NCBI GenBank assembly: GCA_947500875.1
Contig: CANMUN010000007.1
Location: 2,244-66,243 of the forward strand
DNA from: Flavobacteriales bacterium
GTDB taxonomy: Bacteria; Bacteroidota; Bacteroidia; Flavobacteriales_D; Crocinitomicaceae
DNA: 64,000 bases
Direction of reading: 5' to 3'
This document shows positions 21,543-31,227 of this stretch, piece by piece. Both the position numbers and the translations under genes were made by a program. The notes beneath the pieces were generated by a model, which worked only from the letters and a program-made list of their open reading frames with translations, did not search any database and was not told the origin of the DNA. Each line of letters begins with the position of its first letter. The first letter of the stretch is position 1.

Positions 21543-22936
21543 AAAATCTTCCCTGGGTTTAAAATTCCTTTAGGGTCGAATACCCGTTTGATTTCCCGCA
21601 TCAGTTGTAAGGTTACTTCCGGAAAGGCAATGGGCATATAGGGCTTTTGCACGTATCCAATCCCGTGTTCCCCAGAGAGGGTACCCCCAAGTCGCACAAC
21701 CTCTTCGAAAATCTCCGTAATCGCTTTCGGAAGCTCTTGAGTCCATTGCTCTTCGCTCAAAGCTCCTCGAATAATATTGACATGCAAATTCCCATCACCA
21801 GCATGACCGTAGCACACCGATTTAAACCCGTAACGCTCCCCCACCGATTTTACGTGGGTTAGCAAATTGGGCAGTTGGTATCGCGGAACAACGGTATCTT
21901 CCTCTTTATACACCGATTGGGTTTTCACCGCTTCGCCCACTTTCCTGCGCAAATTCCATAAGGCGGCCTTTTGCGCCGCGGAATCGGCAAATAGGATTTC
22001 ATCGGTATCGAAAGATTCCAGTACCCCAAACAAGTGTTCCGCTTCGCGTTGAAGTTGTTCCTCGTCGAATCCGTCCAATTCAATCAGTAAATGTGCTTGA
22101 TGGTTTTCCGCTACGGGAACTGATTGATCCTGGGTAAAATCCTTAGCCCAAAGTAAGGCATCCCGTTCCATGAACTCCATGCCACTGGGAATGATGCCGG
22201 CTTTGAATATCGCAGGTACCGACTCGCATGCCACTCGAGCGTCAAAAAATGGTACAAGGAATAGCACGTCGTGGGTGGGATGGGGGAGAAGGCGTAAAAC
22301 AATTTTCGTGATAATCCCTAAGGTGCCTTCCGACCCCACCATGAGTTGCGTGAGGTTGTAACCGGTGGCGTTTTTAAGGACATTGGCGCCCGTCCAAATG
22401 ATTTCTCCCGTGGGCAAGACCACTTCGAGGTTCAAAACGTAGTCTTTGGTTACGCCATATTTTACGGCTTTTGGGCCTCCCGAATTTTCGGATACATTCC
22501 CTCCGATGAAACAGGAACCACGGCTCGCAGGATCAGGAGGGTAGAACAATCCAACTTCTTTCACGACTTGTTGAAGGACCTCCGTAATCACTCCAGGTTC
22601 GGTAGTTACTTGAAGGTTGTCGGTATCAATATTTAGAATCTTGTTGAATTTCTCCATAGAAACCAAAATCCCACCGTGTAAAGGCAAACAGCCGCCGCTC
22701 AGTCCGGTTCGAGCTCCCGCAGGTGTCACCGGAATACCTTCATGGTGACAATACTTTACAATTGCCGAAATTTCCTCCACCGTCGTCGGCAACAACACCA
22801 ATTCGGGAGGGAAGACATAATCTTCGGTTTCGTCATGACCGTATTCACGAAGTTGTTCCGGATCATGGTGGCTCTTTATTCCCAAGGATTGGAAAAAAGT
22901 ACGATGCGTTTCGTTCAAGTGTACCATATAGTGCAA
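21539..22936 (-). CDS. FAD-binding oxidoreductase (GlcD / D-lactate dehydrogenase-like)
   Basis: FAD_binding_4-type N-terminal half (PAGARTGLSGG, blocks around GNVSENSGG) and a C-terminal GG..SGEHG.G block. Confidence 0.88.
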   Translation of the reverse strand: MHYMVHLNETHRTFFQSLGIKSHHDPEQLREYGHDETEDYVFPPELVLLPTTVEEISAIVKYCHHEGIPVTPAGARTGLSGGCLPLHGGILVSMEKFNKILNIDTDNLQVTTEPGVITEVLQQVVKEVGLFYPPDPASRGSCFIGGNVSENSGGPKAVKYGVTKDYVLNLEVVLPTGEIIWTGANVLKNATGYNLTQLMVGSEGTLGIITKIVLRLLPHPTHDVLFLVPFFDARVACESVPAIFKAGIIPSGMEFMERDALLWAKDFTQDQSVPVAENHQAHLLIELDGFDEEQLQREAEHLFGVLESFDTDEILFADSAAQKAALWNLRRKVGEAVKTQSVYKEEDTVVPRYQLPNLLTHVKSVGERYGFKSVCYGHAGDGNLHVNIIRGALSEEQWTQELPKAITEIFEEVVRLGGTLSGEHGIGYVQKPYMPIAFPEVTLQLMREIKRVFDPKGILNPGKIF

Positions 22937-23011
22937 AAGTGGGAATAAATATTCAATTAACTTCCCCCGATATCTTGGCCTTTTTGCCTATTTTTACCTT
23001 AAATTATTGCT

Positions 23012-24220
23012 TTGAAAGATACTTTTATCATTGATGGAATTCGCACTCCCATAGGAAATTTTGGGGGAGCTCTATCATCGGTGCGAGCCGACGATTTGCT
23101 AGCCCATGCGATGAAGGCGCTTCTGGAACGGCATCTCAATTTGGATCAATCTTCCATTGAAGATGCGCTCATGGGCTGTGCGAACCAAGCGGGAGAAGAC
23201 AACCGAAACGTCGCCCGAATGGCCACCTTACTTGCAGGTTTACCGACGTCCATTGGTGGCGAGACCGTAAACCGCCTGTGCGCATCTGGAATGGCGGCTG
23301 TTGTGAACGCTTCACGTGCCATCAAAGACGGTGCAGGAGAATTATACCTTGCAGGGGGCGTTGAACAAATGACCCGAGCACCTTTTGTGCTTTCCAAAGC
23401 TGGGGCTGCCTATGGTCGTGATCAACAATTGTTCGATTCTTCCTTTGGATGGCGTTTCGTTAATCCAATGATGGAACGCCTATACGGGGTCGACAGCATG
23501 GGGATGACCGCTGAAAATCTCGCCCAAATACACCATATTTCCCGGGAAGACCAAGATGCCTTTGCTTTTTGGTCGCAGCAAAAAACCGCCTTAGCACAAG
23601 AAAAGGGCTTTTTTAACGGGGAGATCATCCCTATAAGCATTCCTTCGAAAAAAGGATATCCAACGGTGGTATCCCACGATGAATTTCCGAAAGCCACGAC
23701 CACCCTCGAAAAACTTGGATCTTTGCGTCCTGCCTTTAAAAGTACGGGAACGGTAACTGCGGGAAATGCGTCCGGATTGAACGACGGTGCAGCCTGCTTA
23801 CTCATTGGTTCTTCTGAAGGAGTTTCGCTCTCCGGTGCCTCGCCGCTAGCTCGTATTGTGAGTGCGGCCATCAGTGGGGTAGAGCCACGCATCATGGGCA
23901 TTGGTCCGGTAGAGGCTTCCAAAAAAGCCTTGCAACGCGCAGGACTTACCTTGGATCAGATGGATGTGATTGAATTGAATGAGGCCTTTGCCGCCCAAGT
24001 GTTGGCGTGCACGCGTTCGTTGGGTCTTGGCGATAATGACCCGCGGATCAACCCGAACGGAGGTGCAATTGCTTTGGGACATCCGCTAGGAATGTCAGGA
24101 GCACGAATTTTATTAACCGCGGCGCGTCAGCTTAAGGCTACCGGAAAACGTTATGCGTTGGTTTCCATGTGCATCGGCGTTGGACAGGGTTATGCAACTA
24201 TTATAGAAAGCGCGTCATGA
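23012..24220 (+). CDS. acetyl-CoA C-acyltransferase (thiolase)
   Basis: TTG start. The active-site Cys block [31 protein letters not shown] and the C-terminal CIGVGQG are present. Confidence 0.93.
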   Translation: MKDTFIIDGIRTPIGNFGGALSSVRADDLLAHAMKALLERHLNLDQSSIEDALMGCANQAGEDNRNVARMATLLAGLPTSIGGETVNRLCASGMAAVVNASRAIKDGAGELYLAGGVEQMTRAPFVLSKAGAAYGRDQQLFDSSFGWRFVNPMMERLYGVDSMGMTAENLAQIHHISREDQDAFAFWSQQKTALAQEKGFFNGEIIPISIPSKKGYPTVVSHDEFPKATTTLEKLGSLRPAFKSTGTVTAGNASGLNDGAACLLIGSSEGVSLSGASPLARIVSAAISGVEPRIMGIGPVEASKKALQRAGLTLDQMDVIELNEAFAAQVLACTRSLGLGDNDPRINPNGGAIALGHPLGMSGARILLTAARQLKATGKRYALVSMCIGVGQGYATIIESAS

Positions 24221-25797
24221 AAGCGGGGTTGATGTTACTTGGAATGCTCCTGGTGTTGGTTAACTGCACCAAAAAACCAACTCGATGGGAGGTGGACCTT
24301 GGAGCACCCTTGATTAATGATACCTTGGATTTGAGCCGATTAACTTCCGACAGCGTCTTGGTAGCGAATGCCCAAGGAACCTTGGATTTGGATTTTACCA
24401 AGACTTTACTTGATATAGGGTTGGCGGATTTGATCTCGATTCCTGACACCCAGGTGGTTCAGACGTTCCATTCCAACTTTGCGGTAAATGTGCCTCCCGG
24501 TTTCAACGTTTTCAATCAAAGCGAGACCCATACCATTGAACTTCCCGGAGTGCAATTAAAAAAAGTTCGCGTGTTCAGCGGAGGCATACAGTTAACGGTG
24601 TACAATCCCTTGCCCACCGCAGTGACGTTTGATGTGAGCTTGCCAGGGGTTAGCCTTAACGGGATTACCTTTCAACAAACCGTTACGGTGGCCGCAGGGG
24701 ATAATGTAAACCCCACCCCAGGAAATGCGAATTTCGATTTGGCAGGGTATGAAATGGACCTTCGAGGTCCGAATGCGGTAGATTATAACGTGCTTCAGGC
24801 CAGCGTCACCGCAGTATCGGATCCGAATGGGCCGACAGTGAATGTAACCCCTGCCCAGGAGTTCAAGGTCGAGGCCACTTTGAAGGATATTGCCTTGGAT
24901 TATGCTCGAGGTTATTTTGGCAATCAGCTGTTCAGTGATACCGTGCTATTAGACCTTCCGATCATGGAAAAAGTGGAGTCAGGATTAGTGGATATTCAAT
25001 CGGTTCTATTGGGATTGAGCTTTTCCAACGGAACTAAAGTGCCCATTCGAGGTGCAATAACTCAAATCGCGAACATTAATCCAACGGGGAGCACGGTTGC
25101 CTTGAACGCTCCGGTCATCGGGCAGGATTTATATTTAGCTCCTGCCACGGGTTCTTGGAATTCTTTGAATCCTTCGACCCAACAAGTTCAGGTGAATTCT
25201 GGCAACAGCAACATTGAACAAGTGATGGAAAACCTCGGCTCGAAATTTCAAGCCGGATATGCGATTGAAATAAATCCCAACGGTAATTTAAACGCGGGTT
25301 GGGACGAGATTTATTCTACGAGTAGGATCAAGGTGGTATTGCATGCTCAAATGCCCTTGCAGCTCCAAGCGGATCAATTGACCTTGGCGGATACGTTTCA
25401 GGTTTCCCTAAAACAGAACGGGGCAAAAACCCGTGTGGTTGGCGGTTATTTTCAACTCGATGCGGCCAATGCATTTCCAATGCAAGCGCAATTCAAACTG
25501 AGTTTCCTAAATGCACAGAAGTCCGTCATTGACGAGTCGGTGGGAGACGCCCTGGTGTTGAGTTCTCTGGCGGGCATGCCTAATGCAAGCGGGATTTTAG
25601 TGAAAAATTCTACAGTTCGATTTTATGTGTCGGAAAACTTGATGCAGCACATCAACGAATTGAAATTCCTTCGGGTTGAAGCCATTTTAAATACGCCCGT
25701 CGCTTCTGGCGCATCGAACCAAGTGGTGGCAATTCCAGTAGGGGCGTTTATGCAGGTAAAGGTACAAGCGGCATTGAAAACTGAAATCGTGTACTGA
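24217..25797 (+). CDS. hypothetical lipoprotein
   Basis: The ATGA overlap with the thiolase stop places the start at [17 protein letters not shown], which carries a lipobox-like LVNC. No family recognised. Confidence 0.6.
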   Translation: MKAGLMLLGMLLVLVNCTKKPTRWEVDLGAPLINDTLDLSRLTSDSVLVANAQGTLDLDFTKTLLDIGLADLISIPDTQVVQTFHSNFAVNVPPGFNVFNQSETHTIELPGVQLKKVRVFSGGIQLTVYNPLPTAVTFDVSLPGVSLNGITFQQTVTVAAGDNVNPTPGNANFDLAGYEMDLRGPNAVDYNVLQASVTAVSDPNGPTVNVTPAQEFKVEATLKDIALDYARGYFGNQLFSDTVLLDLPIMEKVESGLVDIQSVLLGLSFSNGTKVPIRGAITQIANINPTGSTVALNAPVIGQDLYLAPATGSWNSLNPSTQQVQVNSGNSNIEQVMENLGSKFQAGYAIEINPNGNLNAGWDEIYSTSRIKVVLHAQMPLQLQADQLTLADTFQVSLKQNGAKTRVVGGYFQLDAANAFPMQAQFKLSFLNAQKSVIDESVGDALVLSSLAGMPNASGILVKNSTVRFYVSENLMQHINELKFLRVEAILNTPVASGASNQVVAIPVGAFMQVKVQAALKTEIVY

Positions 25798-27038
25798 TGG
25801 GGAATAGAATCATTTGGTGCAGTATTTTTTTCGCGGTTTTCGGAGCCAAGGCCCAGCTTCTTCGCAACTACGATTTTGATACCACGGTCAGCGCTCGCCA
25901 GTTGTTGCTGGTGAACGGTTCTTTGGAATACGGTGGTTCGGCCATGGAAAATGGCATATTCAATGCCTTGATTTTTGGAGGGTTCATCGATAGTTTAGCG
26001 AAAGAAGCTTCGTTGGAAAACCATAAATCGGTCAATGTGGTTGGCTTTGAAGGCACGGCCAATGCACGCTATTATTGGAGTCCAAAGTTCAAGAACGAAC
26101 GCTATAAGCATTTCATGGTTGGGCTTCGTTACGGACAAAATTACCTTGGATCGTTAGCTTACACCTCCGACCTGTTTCGATTTGCCTTTTACGGCAATAC
26201 CCCTTTTTTAGGAAAGTACGCTGATTTTTCAGGTTCCGAAATACGTTTTATTGGCTTTCAAACCTTGGGATTCAGTGTGTTGGATAAACGATCTCAGTCG
26301 TCGCTAAGTTTGAATTTAGTGGGTTTGACTTCATACGTACGCGGTTCCTTGGGAGATCAGAATCCCATGAAGTTTTATTACTCGGAATCCGGCGATAGCC
26401 TTTACGGAATTTGCAGTGGTGCCATAGAACGCGCCGCGTCGCCTGCCTATTTCAAAGGTCTGGGCATGAGCGTTGATTTTGATTACCGTTTTAATGCTTT
26501 AGGAGAGGAGAGCGGTCGGGTGCACACGATGCAATTCAGCGTGAGTAATTTGGGCTTCGCCTTCAGCAACCGATATACTTCTCAACGCATCGATACTTCG
26601 TTCGCCTTCGGCGGATACAGCATCAACGATATCATCGACCGAAACGGTTTATTGGCTCCCGGCTATTCTTTTGAAGACAGCTTAACCACCGTTAGTTCTT
26701 CAAGCAAGTGGATTTTGTTGCCCATGACCTTACAATTGAATAATGTAGTTGGACTTCAGGCAAAGCAGATTTTGCAGCCAACCTATGGTTTTCGATTGAC
26801 CTTTATTCAAGGGTTTATTCCTCACGTTTATGCGGGATTAAATGCAAGAATAGTAAAAGGCCTTCACTTCGGAATGTGCGCCAGTTATGGTGGATTTTCC
26901 GGCATTAAGATGAATACTTCGCTGGTGTATCACCGTTCCAAGTTTTACGTGGGTCTTGGCAGCGATAACGTATTGGGCTTGTTGTCGAAACGAGCCTTTG
27001 GACAAGCTCTTTCAATCCGTTTACGATGCGATATTTAG
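25797..27038 (+). CDS. hypothetical secreted / outer-membrane-like protein
   Basis: Signal peptide and beta-strand-rich alternating composition. It is start/stop coupled to both neighbours. Confidence 0.55.
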   Translation: MGNRIIWCSIFFAVFGAKAQLLRNYDFDTTVSARQLLLVNGSLEYGGSAMENGIFNALIFGGFIDSLAKEASLENHKSVNVVGFEGTANARYYWSPKFKNERYKHFMVGLRYGQNYLGSLAYTSDLFRFAFYGNTPFLGKYADFSGSEIRFIGFQTLGFSVLDKRSQSSLSLNLVGLTSYVRGSLGDQNPMKFYYSESGDSLYGICSGAIERAASPAYFKGLGMSVDFDYRFNALGEESGRVHTMQFSVSNLGFAFSNRYTSQRIDTSFAFGGYSINDIIDRNGLLAPGYSFEDSLTTVSSSSKWILLPMTLQLNNVVGLQAKQILQPTYGFRLTFIQGFIPHVYAGLNARIVKGLHFGMCASYGGFSGIKMNTSLVYHRSKFYVGLGSDNVLGLLSKRAFGQALSIRLRCDI

Positions 27039-28459
27039 TGTACTTCTTCTTCATGCTGAGCACCTGGGGAGCTGCGGCTCAGATGAGCTTTTACCGCCAA
27101 TATTCCGGGTCGGAATACGATTTTGGTCAGGGGGTTGTACAATTGCCGGATAGCAGTTATGCCATCACAGGGAGAAGCGGAAGTTGGGGGCTCAATTCCG
27201 AGGCTTTTATTTTAAAAGTTCACAAAGACGGTTCGTACGATTGGAGCCAGCATTACGGGGGGGCAGAATTCGATCAAGGAAGAAGGATTTTATCCCTTCC
27301 CAATCAAGGATATTATCTTGCGGGAAGTTCTTTATCCGATCCGGTGGCAGCATACGACGTTTATCTCGTTAAAACGGATTTAATCGGTGAATTGCAATGG
27401 GAAAAAAGGGTAGATTTAGGCGCATGGGATTTTGTTGCCGATGCGGTTCTTGCTGCAGATTCAGGAGTGCTATGTGTAGGTTATTCTCAGGCTTCTTCTT
27501 CAAATGTTACCCGAGGTTTTGTGCTTCGATTGGATCAAAACGGCGATACTCTGTGGTCACGTTATGTGGGCACTCAAGCGCACAACTCGGTGAATGCAGC
27601 GTTGTTGTTGAACGATACTACCCTCGTAGTTGCCGGAACCTATTACAACCTTGATTCCACCTTGAATAAAGGGTTTTTAGCCGCATATCATGTCAACGGC
27701 AATCCCTTGTGGTTTACGTCGATTGGCGATAACGGTGCTTTTGGTATTACCGACCTTACCCTCAACCAAAACCGCTATAATTTAACGGGATGGAAATACT
27801 ATGCAGCCCTAGGCGAACACGATAATTATTCGGGCAGGTATGAGTTGAACGGCAGTTTGTTTTATGAATCCGTGTATGTGAATCCCGGAGATGTCATCCT
27901 CGACGAAATTACCCTTAACGGAGCCCAAACGAAGTTGTACGTCGGTTACCGCAACGAAAATTTGATCGATGCTACATTTGGGATGGACGTAACTCTGGGA
28001 AGATTTAATACCAATTACGATTGGGACAACGGACCGATTTACATCAACCATGGCGGCGATGAGAAAGTAGAACAGTTCATTCCTACTTCCGACGGTGGGG
28101 CACTGGCCGTTGGCTGGATTACCTATCCCATGAACGGTGGTAATTCCATTTTTCTGATGAAAATAGGTCCCAACGACGAATTCCAAACGGTGATGGGGAA
28201 TGAAACGTTTTTGCCTCTGGTGGAAAATCCAGACCTAACGTCCTTACCTTTTACCTTGTATCCCAATCCGGTAGAGGATTACCTTCATCTGTACCTTCCA
28301 TCAGCCATCGACGCGATGCGCATGGTTGATGCCCAAGGTCAACTGCTGCTGGAACAGCCCTTAGCGATTGGATCTCATACCTTGGATGTGAGCCATTTGC
28401 GTGCTGGAATGTATTTCATTCAATGCGGTCAAACCACACGTAAATGGGTGAAACGATGA
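27026..28459 (+). CDS. secreted protein with T9SS type A C-terminal sorting domain
   Basis: Signal peptide. The C-terminal tail LYPNPVEDYLHLYL...GMYFIQ... is typical of the Por secretion tail. Confidence 0.75.
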   Translation: MRYLVYFFFMLSTWGAAAQMSFYRQYSGSEYDFGQGVVQLPDSSYAITGRSGSWGLNSEAFILKVHKDGSYDWSQHYGGAEFDQGRRILSLPNQGYYLAGSSLSDPVAAYDVYLVKTDLIGELQWEKRVDLGAWDFVADAVLAADSGVLCVGYSQASSSNVTRGFVLRLDQNGDTLWSRYVGTQAHNSVNAALLLNDTTLVVAGTYYNLDSTLNKGFLAAYHVNGNPLWFTSIGDNGAFGITDLTLNQNRYNLTGWKYYAALGEHDNYSGRYELNGSLFYESVYVNPGDVILDEITLNGAQTKLYVGYRNENLIDATFGMDVTLGRFNTNYDWDNGPIYINHGGDEKVEQFIPTSDGGALAVGWITYPMNGGNSIFLMKIGPNDEFQTVMGNETFLPLVENPDLTSLPFTLYPNPVEDYLHLYLPSAIDAMRMVDAQGQLLLEQPLAIGSHTLDVSHLRAGMYFIQCGQTTRKWVKR

Positions 28460-30204
28460 TTCGATGGTTCTTGTTCGCGCTTTGGGCGGTACCTTGTTAC
28501 GGACAAGTCTTGCCAGCGAACCGAGCGGTGGATTGGACTGTCGCGGGATTGAACGATACTAACACCATAGGATTTACCTATTACAATGTGGTTCAAGAAG
28601 GCGCTGTGAACGATGGGATTACTCCGGTAAATGCCGTTGTTGATAGCTTATTGGCCTTGAATCAGCCAGTGGGAGTGCATCTTCATTTTCCGGCAGGGAG
28701 TTATTTTTTCAATCAACCGTTATCGCTTCCCAGCAATACCCGGATCAGTGGTGCAGGAGCGGATGCAACGCATTGGATTTTCGATTTGGGAGGGTCCGGT
28801 CATTCCGTGCAAACTTCAGGAAGCTTGGTGAGTGCTGATAGCAGTTCTCTAACGGTCGCTGGGGTGAAAGGAAATACGTGGATTGTGGTAGCTAATGCCA
28901 ACGCATTCTTTGCGGGCGCTTGGGTTCGAATTCGTCAGCAGGATGCAGATTTAGTGACCTCGAATTGGGCCTTGAACAGCGTAGGGCAATTGGTGAAAGT
29001 CGATAGCGTTGGCGGAGATACCCTTTACTTGCACAGCGCTTTGCGCTTGGATTATCCCTTGAACCGTTTACCCAAGGTGGTGCGTATTACCATGAAACGC
29101 AACATTGGGTTGGAGTGTTTGTCTTTTGAGCGTATGGACAATACCGCTCCGGAACAAGCAAGCGTAATTCATTTTACCTATGCGGAAAATTGCTGGTTCA
29201 GCGGCTTGGAATCCAACAAAACGACGTTTGGGCATGTGGAATTTGAAAGCGTGGCCAATTCAAAAGTCGAAAAGAGTTATTTCTACGATGCCTTTGACTA
29301 CGGAGGCGGGGGAAGGGGCTATGGGGTGGTCATGCATTTCACAACGAATGAATGTTTAATTGAAAATAACGTGTTTAAGCATTTGCGCCACAGCATTATA
29401 CTGCAAGCGGGTTCCAATGGAAATGTTGCTGCCTTTAACCATTCCACCGATCCCTATTGGACCAATGCCAATCCCTTATTGGGAGGGAACTCAGCAGGCG
29501 AATTAGTGCTTCACGGCAATTATGTGTACGCGAATCTATTCGAACAGAACGACGTCCAAAACATTGTGATTGATAATTCGCATGGTGGAAACGGTCCCTA
29601 CAATACCTTCTTACGGAATCGGGCCTCCTTGTATGGGATATTTTTCTCCGACAATACCAGCCCTTCGCAGAACTTCATAGGCAATGAAATTCCGAATACC
29701 GGTTTTCCTTACAGCACAGTGAATTACAATATTCTAGGCAACGATCAGTTCAGTTACGGCAATAACAACAAGGGAACCGCAGCTCCCGCTGGAACATCGA
29801 ATTTACTGGACACTAGCTATTACTACGCGGTAAAGCCAGACTTTGTGCAAGGCTACCAATGGGGAAGAATCGGTTTGCCGAATGCCATGAACAGTGCTAA
29901 AGTTCCCGCAACGAACCGCTTTGAGGGCAACGATATTTTTGCTGGAGCCTGTGGCAAGGAAGATTATTATGCAGGTTTGTCGGAACGTGTTAAGCATTCA
30001 ATTTACCCCAATCCCGTGAGCGAAACCCTGTGGGTTCGAGCTGCTGGGCATGGGGAAATGTACCGAATTTTCGACCTGCAAGGAAGGTTGTGGATGGGAG
30101 GAGTTTTAACCACGGACTTACAAGCGATTTCGGTGAGTCACTTGCCGCAAGGAATGTACCTGTGGTCCTGTGGCGAAAGGGTAGACCGCTTCGTTAAAAA
30201 CTAA
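28456..30204 (+). CDS. right-handed beta-helix-like secreted protein with T9SS type A C-terminal sorting domain
   Basis: The ATGA overlap with the upstream stop suggests the start at 28456. Signal peptide and parallel-beta-helix-like repeats are present. The C-terminal tail is IYPNPVSETLWV...GMYLW. Confidence 0.75.
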   Translation: MIRWFLFALWAVPCYGQVLPANRAVDWTVAGLNDTNTIGFTYYNVVQEGAVNDGITPVNAVVDSLLALNQPVGVHLHFPAGSYFFNQPLSLPSNTRISGAGADATHWIFDLGGSGHSVQTSGSLVSADSSSLTVAGVKGNTWIVVANANAFFAGAWVRIRQQDADLVTSNWALNSVGQLVKVDSVGGDTLYLHSALRLDYPLNRLPKVVRITMKRNIGLECLSFERMDNTAPEQASVIHFTYAENCWFSGLESNKTTFGHVEFESVANSKVEKSYFYDAFDYGGGGRGYGVVMHFTTNECLIENNVFKHLRHSIILQAGSNGNVAAFNHSTDPYWTNANPLLGGNSAGELVLHGNYVYANLFEQNDVQNIVIDNSHGGNGPYNTFLRNRASLYGIFFSDNTSPSQNFIGNEIPNTGFPYSTVNYNILGNDQFSYGNNNKGTAAPAGTSNLLDTSYYYAVKPDFVQGYQWGRIGLPNAMNSAKVPATNRFEGNDIFAGACGKEDYYAGLSERVKHSIYPNPVSETLWVRAAGHGEMYRIFDLQGRLWMGGVLTTDLQAISVSHLPQGMYLWSCGERVDRFVKN

Positions 30205-30656
30205 GCGGATTCTTGCACTGAACCTTTCTTGGATTTTCGATAGAGGTAGGTCTCATAAATGAAGCGTTTAGCAAAGCGGACCTGTTTATCGGAGTTGACG
30301 AGTTTTTTAAATACGTTGGCATTCACACCGAAATACTCATAGGTATCGCCGTTCGTAAACGTGATTTCCAACAAGAGTCCTTTGTGCTTGTAATCCGCAA
30401 TGCCGCATTCGGCGATGGTAGCGGTATATTCTGCCAAATTCGCTTCTTTGGTTTCTGGGGCGATGCTCACGAGGAAATGATAACCATCGGTTATTTCACG
30501 GCCCATAACGGTAGCCTCCGCATGCATGGGGTCGTCCTCTTGGAATTTATCGGGATGCCATTGCTTGACTAGTCGGCGGTAGGTGCTTTTAAGGGGGGCA
30601 AGTTCGATAGAACCTTCAATCTCGAATAGTTTTTTGTACTGGTTGATGCGTTTCAT
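30201..30656 (-). CDS. J-domain protein fused to a KTSC-like domain
   Basis: J-domain HPD motif (LVKQWHPDKF) followed by a KTSC-like block (LEITFTNGDTYEYFGV....F..L). The start is taken at MKRINQYKK. The track start at 30731 is a less likely extension. Confidence 0.7.
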   Translation of the reverse strand: MKRINQYKKLFEIEGSIELAPLKSTYRRLVKQWHPDKFQEDDPMHAEATVMGREITDGYHFLVSIAPETKEANLAEYTATIAECGIADYKHKGLLLEITFTNGDTYEYFGVNANVFKKLVNSDKQVRFAKRFIYETYLYRKSKKGSVQESA

Positions 30657-30830
30657 TGGAGGAGGAGAAAAAAAGATATTAGAATAAGTGTCCGCTAGTC
30701 GGGTGCAAAGATAGGCATAGATTTTCGGCAAAACCTTATCCTAGATGATAATTAATAGAGGGGTACTTTCTAGTCGTTTTTTCGTGTGAGCCTCTATTTT
30801 TTACTACATTTATCGTACAAAAATGAGGTC

Positions 30831-31205
30831 ATGAAAACAGAATATAAAATAATTCAATCTCCCTACACTATAGAATTAAGCTTGGAGGTTGAGAAGATGC
30901 TCAACGCGGGTTGGACTTTGGTGGGGGGATTAAGTGCACAGGATGGATTTTTTTATCAAGCGATTGTGCGTAAAGCCTTTACTGGGGCGGTTAAATTAGT
31001 TGATGCTGGTCCAAATAAGCTAGCTATTGTTAAGTTGGTTAAAGATTTTACTGGATTCGATTTAAAAGAGGCCAAGGATTTAGTCGATGGTGCTCCAGCG
31101 ATCATTGAAGGCCGAACGGTAGGCAATTTAACGCGGCCTTTCACCGAGGAGGAAGAACGTGAATTTCGAAGTCAATTGTTGGAAGCTGGAGCGAACATAG
31201 AGTAA
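30831..31205 (+). CDS. small two-domain protein: DUF1737/DUF4177-like N-terminal domain fused to a ribosomal bL12 (L7/L12) C-terminal-domain homologue
   Basis: The C-terminal 75 aa ([39 protein letters not shown]...LLEAGANIE) aligns by eye with E. coli bL12 ([38 protein letters not shown]...LEEAGAEVE). The N-terminus is MKTEYKIIQ...[11 protein letters not shown]...YQAIV. It is the first gene of the RT operon and ends 22 nt before the RT start. Confidence 0.75.
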   Translation: [124 protein letters not shown]

Positions 31206-31227
31206 GTTCACCATACAGAGGCTTATT

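Noticed and set aside
30754-30798. The hairpin AATAGAGG...CCTCTATT plus a T-run upstream of the RT operon, considered as a terminator or as a retron msr element.
   Set aside because: The stem is only 8 bp with a 29-nt loop. No + strand gene ends upstream of it, and there are no flanking long-range inverted repeats. The evidence is too weak to call either feature.
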